IMG/VR virus record: IMGVR_UViG_3300046096_000928
Span: 1-64,000 of that record
Reading direction: 5' to 3' (one strand)
DNA from: a virus
DNA length: 64,000 bases
Shown one piece after another: positions 51,112 through 59,272 of the stretch. The position numbers and the translations under genes were made by a program. The notes under the pieces are model-generated. The model had not been told where the DNA came from. It did no database searches and saw only the letters and a program-made list of their open reading frames with translations. Numbering within the stretch: position 1 is the first letter of the stretch; every line of letters starts with the position of its first letter.

Positions 51112-51372
51112 ATGAAAGATAAACTTGTAAAATCTATTCTAAACCTACCAGATGAGGATCGAAAAGTTGTAATAAAAAAAACGGCAGATATGTTAGCAGA
51201 ACTTTTTCCAAAACGAAACGAAAAACCCACTTATAGTTTAGGATTTCAGAAATACGAAAAACTAAACAAAAAACAAAGAATGGCATTACAGACCAAGTTT
51301 TGGGGGAGACCTTTTAAAGATATTACAGAGGCTCTGGAAACTCAAACTATTAAGGAAATTTTAGCTAACTAA
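51112..51372 (+). CDS. Small early protein
   Basis: Between the promoter and a hairpin; flanked by a 31-bp direct repeat. Confidence 0.58.
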   Translation: MKDKLVKSILNLPDEDRKVVIKKTADMLAELFPKRNEKPTYSLGFQKYEKLNKKQRMALQTKFWGRPFKDITEALETQTIKEILAN

Positions 51373-51495
51373 AAACAAAAATAATAACTAGGTTTATTCT
51401 CTCAAGATAACCTAGTTATTATTTTTATAGGTTTCTCATCAGTTAAGCTAAAACAAAGCCATTAATAGCCAAATAAACAGCTATAGAGAGAAGAA

Positions 51496-52403
51496 TTAAA
51501 TTGAGGTAGATTGTATTACTTTTAAATTCTCTTTTAATTCTTCAATGTAATCTTTGTTTAATTTGATCGCCACATAATTTTTATTTTGTCTAATAGCCTC
51601 TTTTGCCACCGTACCAATACCAGCAAAAGAATCAAACACTACACCACCGACTGGACAACCAGCTTTTAAAAAACTCTAATCAAAGTATCTGGAAAACTGG
51701 CAAAATGATTAGAGTTTTTTGTTGGCTTCGTATTGACAATCCATACGGTTCTTTTTCTTCTAAAACCGTCGTTAATAAAATCGTTTAAATTATTTGGCTT
51801 TGAGATTTGACTTTCGATATTTCAAATTAGTGTGAACAGTTCTACTCGCAGATTCTTTAATCAATTTACAATCAAAATAATATTTTGATTGTTTAGGAAG
51901 TAAAAATATATACTCATGGCTTTTCGTGCATCTATCTTTAACTGATTCTGGCATTGCGTTAGGTTTATGCCAAATAATATCTTGTCTCAAATACCAGCCA
52001 TCATCTTGTAAAGCAAAAGCAACACGCCACGGTAAACCTATTAAATCTTTAGCTTTTAAATTTAAAGAAATTTCTCTTTTTATATTTTCTTGGCAACCAT
52101 CTTTATATTTTTATGTGATCCCACATTCTCATTAAGATTATCTGTTTTGCCTTTTAGTGAACTCATAGCATAGGTATCACCGAGATTTAACCATAATGTA
52201 CCTTCCTCTTTTAAAACCCGTTTAATTTCACGAAAAACCTTAACTAAATTCTCTACATATTCAGAAGGTTTTTTTTCTAAGCCTAATTGATTTTCGTGTC
52301 CATAATTCCTTAATCTAAAATATGGCGGCGAGGTAACACAACAATCTAGTGATTTATCAGCTAACGACTTCAAAACTTCCCTACAATCACCTTCTAAAAT
52401 CAT
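51496..52403 (-). pseudogene. Degraded N4/N6 DNA methyltransferase
   Basis: TSPPY, LWLNLGD, QDIIWHKPNAMPESVKDR, HFASFPD, DSFAG fragments spread over several frames. Confidence 0.82.
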
Positions 52404-52580
52404 CTTATTTTAATTACAACTATAAACAATCATACTACATACAAAGAAAAATTAACTAGGGATCAATATTTAATTGGATTTACCTTCTTTATTTTCTTTA
52501 TGAATAAATCATTGTTCCCAACTAGAAAAACTTTAATCCGTCCCATAATCATCAACAGAGAAAATAATTGTCCATCTCCT

Positions 52581-52775
52581 CAACGGCTTCTTTTCTTTAA
52601 AAAAAAAGAAAAATCATTTTTACATAATTAACTTGATCTTTGTTTCTTTGATCAATAAGTGGATTTATTATTATTATGTGTATCAAAAACCTGTTATCAC
52701 GAATCCTAATAACACGATTTCTGTTATCACGAATCCTAATGATAGGAACTCGTCATCAGGATTATTTTGCTATGA
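52581..52775 (-). repeat. Dispersed element copy D, diverged
   Basis: cataattaacttgatcttt and gataggaactcgtca shared with copy B; four 15-bp units. Confidence 0.75.
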
Positions 52776-53016
52776 CTACTGGGTAAATCAAATAAATGTC
52801 TATCAATACCTAAACAACATTTTAAAGGGAAAGAAACCGATTTAAACGGCAATAGAGATAACGATCAGTTTAATAAGTAACGATAAAATCAAAAAAAGGA
52901 GAAAAAGATAAGATTCTGTATTTTAATCGGATTTTGACTAAAAAAAGGCGATCGCCTAATTAAAAAAGATATAATTAGAGAAAAGATAAAATTAGAGAAA
53001 AGATAAAATAAAAAAG

Positions 53017-54489
53017 ATGAAAATAATTAAATTAAATGAAGATAGCCTATATAATCCTCATAGTGGATTAGGGACAGAATATAGCTCGTTAAAAAATACT
53101 TTTTTTAATCTCAGCTTACCAACTAACCCTGAGGATAGAGATAGTTTCTCTTTGTTGTATCGGACTTTATGGCAAGTAGAAAAAGTAGTAGATTACTTTC
53201 CTAGTGAGATGACAAAAGAATGGGGGAAATTAACTTTAAAACAAAATAGAAAAATAGAAAATGAGATAGATCAGATTACAGATAAATTAAGAGATATTTT
53301 TAGAGATGGTCAAAGATTAGCGAATCTTTATGGTTCAGCAATGGCAATTATCTATGTAGAAGATGGAGGAAAATTGTACGAGCCGATTAATTTCAATAAA
53401 ATAAAATCTTTTCAAGGTTACTCAAGAATATTTGATAGATGGGAATTAACAATCGCCCCAAACAGTTATTCAAATAATGAACCTTATGATCCTGAGTATT
53501 ATACTTTATTGACTTATTCAAATAATCAAAAAGTGCCAAATAATACATTAATTCACAAAGATAGAATATTAAGATTTAGGGGGCGAAAATTACCACCCTA
53601 TGAACAAATATTAAATCAAGGTTGGGAAGATTCGGTCTTACAGCCTTTCTTAAATCCATTAAAAAATTATTTAGCTGGTTATCAATATGTAACAGAAGCT
53701 CTAAGAGATTTTGAGATAATGATTGTTAAAATACAAGATTTAAACGAAAAATTGGCAGCGAGTGAACAAGGGTATAGAGCGATAAAACAAAGAGCAAAAG
53801 AAGTAAGTATTGATGCAAGTAGTCAACGTGGTTTGTGGATGGATAAAGAAACAGAAGAAGTACAGATATTAAGTAGGAATTTTAGTAATGTAGAAAAAAT
53901 AGTTGATATTTCATTAAGGGAAATGATCGCCTCCTCTGGTATTGATGCAGGTGAATTTTATAAAGAAAAGGATCAAATAAAAGCTAACAGTAAAGAGGAA
54001 AGATTAGCAACAGCTAATCGTATTAAATCATTACAAGAGGAAAAATGGAGTAACTTAATTGAATCACAATTAGAGTTAATTTTAGCTACATACAATATAA
54101 AAAAAAATAATAGAAAGTGGGAATGGATAAGTACATATTCACCGACGGAAACCGAAAAATTAGAAATGGACGATAAAGAATCAATTACTTTAGATAGATA
54201 TATCTCTAATGGTGTTTTAACGGCTGAAGAAGTTAGAACCTCAGTTTTTGATAATCCCGACACAAAAATAATGTTAAATGAAGTCGATAAAAAAAATGTA
54301 TTAAAAGAACCTGAAAATATAAAAGAAATCTTATTAAATGAAACTACAGAAGAAAAAGAAAAAAAAGAAAATAAAAAAGATGATCAAAATGAGATACAGA
54401 AATTTGTAGTGAAAGAAAATTCAGAATTATTACCAAATAGTTATTATGATATAGATTTAGACGAATTAGAAACTATAGAAGAAGATTAA
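53017..54489 (+). CDS. DUF1073-type portal protein
   Basis: VVDYFPSEMTKEW, ANLYGSA, IHKDRILRFRG, GWEDSVL. Confidence 0.82.
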   Translation: MKIIKLNEDSLYNPHSGLGTEYSSLKNTFFNLSLPTNPEDRDSFSLLYRTLWQVEKVVDYFPSEMTKEWGKLTLKQNRKIENEIDQITDKLRDIFRDGQRLANLYGSAMAIIYVEDGGKLYEPINFNKIKSFQGYSRIFDRWELTIAPNSYSNNEPYDPEYYTLLTYSNNQKVPNNTLIHKDRILRFRGRKLPPYEQILNQGWEDSVLQPFLNPLKNYLAGYQYVTEALRDFEIMIVKIQDLNEKLAASEQGYRAIKQRAKEVSIDASSQRGLWMDKETEEVQILSRNFSNVEKIVDISLREMIASSGIDAGEFYKEKDQIKANSKEERLATANRIKSLQEEKWSNLIESQLELILATYNIKKNNRKWEWISTYSPTETEKLEMDDKESITLDRYISNGVLTAEEVRTSVFDNPDTKIMLNEVDKKNVLKEPENIKEILLNETTEEKEKKENKKDDQNEIQKFVVKENSELLPNSYYDIDLDELETIEED

Positions 54490-54800
54490 TCTTTATTTCG
54501 AGAATTATGAGTATCTCCGTTTGAAGGGCTAAATCCGTTTAGTTTTTCAAGATAGCGTTCAATTCTATCAATTCGTTTCTCGAAGGAACTAAACATATAA
54601 TTCATTTCTGCTCTTACCGCTTTTATATTAGCGGCATTCTCTCCTATATTATCCCTAATTTTATTAGTTTTGGATTCTAAACTGCTAGTAATATCGTTTT
54701 TGATAATTGTCTGTTTACTGAAATTAAGATAATTAATAAAGGGAACAAATATCGCCGTTACTAAGATTAGTGCAACTGAGATAATTTCAAAAGGGGTCAT
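54486..54800 (-). CDS. Single-TM coiled-coil protein (holin-like)
   Basis: N-terminal TM segment plus coiled coil. Confidence 0.45.
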   Translation of the reverse strand: MTPFEIISVALILVTAIFVPFINYLNFSKQTIIKNDITSSLESKTNKIRDNIGENAANIKAVRAEMNYMFSSFEKRIDRIERYLEKLNGFSPSNGDTHNSRNKD

Positions 54801-54847
54801 TTATTTAGATTATAAAAAGAATAAGTTCATTTTATATGTTAACAAAA

Positions 54848-55084
54848 CTAAATAATTGTCTTTTTAACTTTTTTTTGTTCCCAATTTTTTTGGAGATAAT
54901 TTTTTATTTGTTTAGCTTCGATTCTAGTCTGATTATATTCTTGAATCACTTTTAATAAATTAAAAGTGAGAAATAGAATAGCTATAAAAACTAAGAAAGG
55001 GTGACTTTTTAATCCTATTAATCCGAGTAGAAAGAAAAAAGTGAAGATTAGATTTCTTTTACATTTAGAATGTAATTTTAGCAT
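54848..55084 (-). CDS. Small membrane protein
   Basis: Two hydrophobic segments. Confidence 0.45.
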   Translation of the reverse strand: MLKLHSKCKRNLIFTFFFLLGLIGLKSHPFLVFIAILFLTFNLLKVIQEYNQTRIEAKQIKNYLQKNWEQKKVKKTII

Positions 55085-55090
55085 ATTAAT

Positions 55091-55627
55091 TTAAAATTTA
55101 TTGATTTTGGTTATTAATAATGCTATCAGATATTGATTATCTTTATCTATTTTTTGTCTTATCGCATTTTCTAAAGATTTCGTCAATCGCTCATTAATTC
55201 TAGTTATCTTTTTTTTTATAAAAAAATCTAACATGTTGCGTTCGCTTTCTACTATGTTGTAAAATAAACAGAATCTATCAAATTGACTATCAGAAAAAGG
55301 GTATTTATCCTCTTCTAAAAAAATCACTTCATCTATTCGATCATAAATAAATTTGGCAGGTACGAATGGTTCAATCTTAGGAAAAACTAACTCATAATTT
55401 AGATAATCTTTTTGTAATTTCACAATACTATTTAATTTGATTAATAATGCCGTTAAATTAGAGTTATACCATTTCCCCGTATTTTTTCTGACTTGGGGAA
55501 TTAAATAGCCATCATTCCTTTTATTAAAGCCCGTCAATAACTTTTTCTTTGAGATATAGACGGGCGTATCATAACTTACTTTTTCGCTCAGTAAATTCAA
55601 TTCTTTTCTTACTAAATATAACTTCAT
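55091..55627 (-). CDS. Hypothetical protein
   Basis: 178 aa, coupled to the upstream ORF. Confidence 0.55.
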   Translation of the reverse strand: MKLYLVRKELNLLSEKVSYDTPVYISKKKLLTGFNKRNDGYLIPQVRKNTGKWYNSNLTALLIKLNSIVKLQKDYLNYELVFPKIEPFVPAKFIYDRIDEVIFLEEDKYPFSDSQFDRFCLFYNIVESERNMLDFFIKKKITRINERLTKSLENAIRQKIDKDNQYLIALLITKINKF

Positions 55628-56326
55628 TTTAAGTAATCTTTTAATACTTCTAAAATATCGTTTACGTTTACCTCACTTAAATCTTTTAATTGCATACATA
55701 AAGTTAAAACCCCGTCTTTATCTTCTTTTGATTCAATCGTGGCAAACTCTGTTTTTACAGAGTGTTTACTTGCTTCGATATTGTTTACGCCTTTCCCTTC
55801 TAATAGTTGCTTTAAGTCCATTGTTTTATTTTTTCGATTATTTATTAATTGTTCTAGCTGATTTGATTACTGGTTTTATTTACGAAAACTTTAAGAAGTC
55901 TCAAAATAAACTTAATTTTTTGCTCATCCACGTCTTTAACTTCAATGAGTAATCGGGGAAATCTTTATTTTCTTTTATTTCTACTGTTACGTAATCTGTT
56001 TCTACATAGTTTGTTGATTCTACTATGCCCGTTACTCCGTAATCTAATAATTCCTGTTTTAAGTCCATTATCTAAAATCCTTTATTATTTATTTAATTTT
56101 GCTCCCGCAAAAAGGCTTTTAATGATTATTTGATCATATCTTTAAGTGTTTTTAAAATCTCTTTTATTTGGGATTCTGTGACTTTCTTAAATCCTATCTC
56201 TAATTTAAAGTGATCCTCGTTCTCTTCTTTTATCACTACGAAGTATAAATCATCGTTACTTACTGATTGAGTTACTTCGTATGGATCAGCAAGCCCTAAA
56301 GTTTCTAATTCTTTTTGTAAATCCAT
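55624..56326 (-). CDS. Three tandem ~65-aa paralogs (55624-55821; 55854-56068 frameshifted; 56126-56326)
   Basis: MDLKQLLE / MDLKQELL / MDLQKELE starts and similar C-termini. Confidence 0.6.
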
Positions 56327-56601
56327 TATATGAAGTCCTTTTCTATATTTTCTATTAACGAATCTTGGCAACTCAAACCCACTTCGGTGATTATTTGATT
56401 TACTGTAATCTGTGTTGTTTCAATTATACTACTAAAATTATGAATTAGGGAAAATATATTAGAAATAGTTATCAACAATAAAACTTTTTGATGATGCTCA
56501 ATCAAAAAATCGTAATCTTCTTTTTCTAACTCCCATTCTATATTTGACTTCATTACTAAAAATGTATCTAACTTTTGGGTGAAAATATCTGTATTCATCA
56601 T
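56326..56601 (-). CDS. Hypothetical protein
   Basis: 91-aa ORF. Confidence 0.45.
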   Translation of the reverse strand: MMNTDIFTQKLDTFLVMKSNIEWELEKEDYDFLIEHHQKVLLLITISNIFSLIHNFSSIIETTQITVNQIITEVGLSCQDSLIENIEKDFI

Positions 56602-56662
56602 ATTTGTTTTATACTTGTAATAGTTATATATTACATTAAAATGAGAATAAAAAATAAAAATA

Positions 56663-57123
56663 ATGACAATTTCATATCAAGGGTTACTGACCGAATTAAA
56701 AAGTATAAGCAAGGGGTTAAAAGGAGTAACTGGGATTCAATACAACGCACTGTTTACCTTTAAAGAAGGTATGGGTAATATTGTTATTGATGAAACCACA
56801 GGCAACTATAATTTAGAGACTGAAATGATGAGAACAGTAAAAGCTAAATTGATAAAAAGAAAAGACGGCACAGTAGAGAGTGAAGGAGGATTAAATTACT
56901 CAAGGGTATATTGTGAAGGTTGGTTAGTTACGCCCGTTGAATATAACGGACGGATACCTAATGTAGTTGATTGTAGTTTTATTCAAAATAACTTATCTTA
57001 TGAAGGTAAATTTTATTTCACGGACGCTATGACAACACCTGTTACTGAATCAATGGATTTGGCGATTGCCATTGGTCAAGCTATACAAGGTTATTTTGAA
57101 TTGAAAGGAGATAACGGATTATA
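56663..57123 (+). CDS. Putative head-closure/neck protein
   Basis: DETTGN...CEGWLVTP; coupled to the gp10-like gene. Confidence 0.5.
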
Positions 57124-57498
57124 ATGAAATTTACTTTTGATGAAAAGAAATTCTTAAAAGAGGCTGAGAGAATAGCTGTCAAAGGATTTGGTAAAGTAGC
57201 GGATGTAATGCAAGAACAAATAACTGAAGAAAAAAGAGAATACCCTAACCTTACGGTGCGGAGGTATGGAGAGGGTAAAACTGGACGTATTGCTACAAGC
57301 CCTAGAGACGTGGTAGATAGTGCTGATTTAAGAGATAGTTTTATGAACGCTAGTAGAATAGAAGGGAATACTATTATTTTTAATGCTACATGGGATGCGG
57401 ATCATGCTAGTTTAGTTTATTTAGGGACTTCTAAAATTCCTAGCTATACGTGGGTTGATAATGTAGTACAAACAATTAATTGGCAAACTATTATTTGA
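57124..57498 (+). CDS. HK97 gp10-like tail completion protein
   Basis: SPRDVVDSADLRDS...HASLVYLGT. Confidence 0.65.
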   Translation: MKFTFDEKKFLKEAERIAVKGFGKVADVMQEQITEEKREYPNLTVRRYGEGKTGRIATSPRDVVDSADLRDSFMNASRIEGNTIIFNATWDADHASLVYLGTSKIPSYTWVDNVVQTINWQTII

Positions 57499-57979
57499 TC
57501 GTAATTAGATTGATTTCTTCTAATAAATTTTCTTGCTGTTTTAACATTTCTACTAGACTTTGATCGTCAGGGTGATTCCATCCTAAGAGATGTAAGAAGC
57601 CATGAGAAGCTAACCAAGTTAACTCAATCTTTAAAGCGTGTTGTTGAGTTATAGCTTGTCTCTTAGCTGTTTCTACTGAAATGATTATGTCTCCCAAATA
57701 AATAGGTTCATCTAAATCATCAATCAATATTTCATTTTCTAAGGAGGCAAAACTTAAAACATCGGTTGTTTTATCTATGTTACGAAATTGATTATTTAAT
57801 GCTTTTATTTCTTCATCATTAGTTAATCTTAGAGTTAGTTCATAATGATCATTTTGGGGAGTATCTGGACTTAATAAATTTAACCATTGTTGAAACCAAT
57901 CTTGCCAAATGTCTGACAAAATTGGTTTATCTTGGCTATTGGAATATAAATCTTCAAAGAAAAGAGTGATAGTAGCCAT
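57491..57979 (-). CDS. ybeY: rRNA maturation endoribonuclease
   Basis: LNNQFRNIDKTTDVLSF, LGDIIIS, HGFLHLLGWNH. Confidence 0.95.
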   Translation of the reverse strand: MATITLFFEDLYSNSQDKPILSDIWQDWFQQWLNLLSPDTPQNDHYELTLRLTNDEEIKALNNQFRNIDKTTDVLSFASLENEILIDDLDEPIYLGDIIISVETAKRQAITQQHALKIELTWLASHGFLHLLGWNHPDDQSLVEMLKQQENLLEEINLITIK

Positions 57980-57983
57980 AGGT

Positions 57984-58154
57984 TTAACGTGTTAAGTAAG
58001 ACATTGCAATTAAAAAAGTAAATAATCCTAAAGTAGTTAAGAAAAAATGCCATAAAGAAATTCCTTTTTTAGCAACCATATTACGCATCGCTGATTTAAC
58101 AAAACTATCTTTTATCTCCTTATTGGCGATCGCCTTTGTTTCTTCTTCATTCAT
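57984..58154 (-). CDS. DUF3285-family small membrane protein
   Basis: Own translation SFVKSAMRNMVAKKGISLWHFFLTTLGL...YLTR; the usual neighbour of cyanobacterial ybeY. Confidence 0.8.
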   Translation of the reverse strand: MNEEETKAIANKEIKDSFVKSAMRNMVAKKGISLWHFFLTTLGLFTFLIAMSYLTR

Positions 58155-58160
58155 ATTTTA

Positions 58161-58394
58161 TCAGTAAAAATTTATTTGTTTTTTTTCATAATAATCTAAT
58201 TTTGTCTTTAAGATAACTAATTCTTTTTCTAAATCGGTTATTTTTTCATTTTGTTGGTCAATTCTTTTGTCTAATTGCTTTTCTACTTTATTAAGTCTAT
58301 TCTCACTTATCATACCAAATAATAGACTTAGTAAAGTATAGCCACCTGTTATTGTAAATAAGACTTGCTGATAATGTTCTAATAAAAAAATCAT
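58161..58394 (-). CDS. TM plus coiled-coil protein (holin-like)
   Basis: One TM segment, then heptad repeats. Confidence 0.45.
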   Translation of the reverse strand: MIFLLEHYQQVLFTITGGYTLLSLLFGMISENRLNKVEKQLDKRIDQQNEKITDLEKELVILKTKLDYYEKKQINFY

Positions 58395-58441
58395 CTTTTT
58401 TCTTCTCAGTCTATACTTTAATTGTATTAAAAGTATATTAA

Positions 58442-58678
58442 TTAAGATTTTATCCCACGCTTTTTAGCTTCTTCGGCATATTTTGAATATTCCATTAATT
58501 CCATAGCTTTTCCCCCAAAAACTAATACTTGCTCATAGGGTACATAACGATCAATGCCATACATTGCATCTACACCCTCTACAGATTCTTTTTCGATGTA
58601 CTCTATCACAGCTAAAAGTTCATCATCTTTTAACTCCACAACTTCATAATCATTTATTAATACGACTGGAGGTTTCAT
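58442..58678 (-). CDS. Hypothetical protein
   Basis: 78-aa ORF. Confidence 0.5.
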   Translation of the reverse strand: MKPPVVLINDYEVVELKDDELLAVIEYIEKESVEGVDAMYGIDRYVPYEQVLVFGGKAMELMEYSKYAEEAKKRGIKS

Positions 58679-58728
58679 TTTTTCTTACTCTAAACTATAA
58701 TTTAATCATACTTCATTCGCATTACAAT

Positions 58729-59120
58729 ATAAATCAAATTATTCACGCTGATTGTTTTGATATTCTTAAAGATTTACCTGATAATTCTATCGATGCAATC
58801 GTTACTGATCCGCCGTATTTCAAGGTAAAAAAGAACAATGGGATAATCCTGGACATTCCCAACGGTATCATTTTATAAAGGTAAGCATCCTTGTGAAAAG
58901 CTCTTAGAATTAATAAAACATATAGTAAAAGCATCAACTACAGAGAATCAAGTAATATTAGATTGCGATCGCTGGTAATTTCACAACAGCGATCGCCTGT
59001 TTAGAATTAAATAGAAAATATATCTGTATTGAGAAGGATAAAGATTATTTTGAGATTGGCAAAGAGAGGATTGCCCGTTGGCATGAGAATAAACAAACTG
59101 ACTTGTTTGCGGGTAATTAA
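58729..59120 (+). pseudogene. Internally deleted DNA methyltransferase
   Basis: HADCFDILK...DPPY, HPCEK, TAIACLELNR...WHENKQTDLFAGN*. Confidence 0.82.
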
Positions 59121-59153
59121 TCTTAAGTAAATCTGTTATTTATGACTTAAAAA

Positions 59154-59272
59154 TGTTACAATAAATAAAGGAAGTGAATACTAGAAAAGCAACCCATAAA
59201 TTGCGTTATGAATTGCTTATTATCATCTAGCATCCCCTAAACCATTTAACCTAAATAGGAGATATATTTATT
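59154..59272 (+). ncRNA. Structured antirepressor leader, copy 5
   Basis: CTAGA/TCTAG, AAGCAA/TTGCTT, CATAA/TTATG, CCTA/TAGG. Confidence 0.65.

Noticed and set aside
1960-59120. Restriction-modification system
   Set aside because: No cognate endonuclease next to any MTase; they look like orphan phage MTases.
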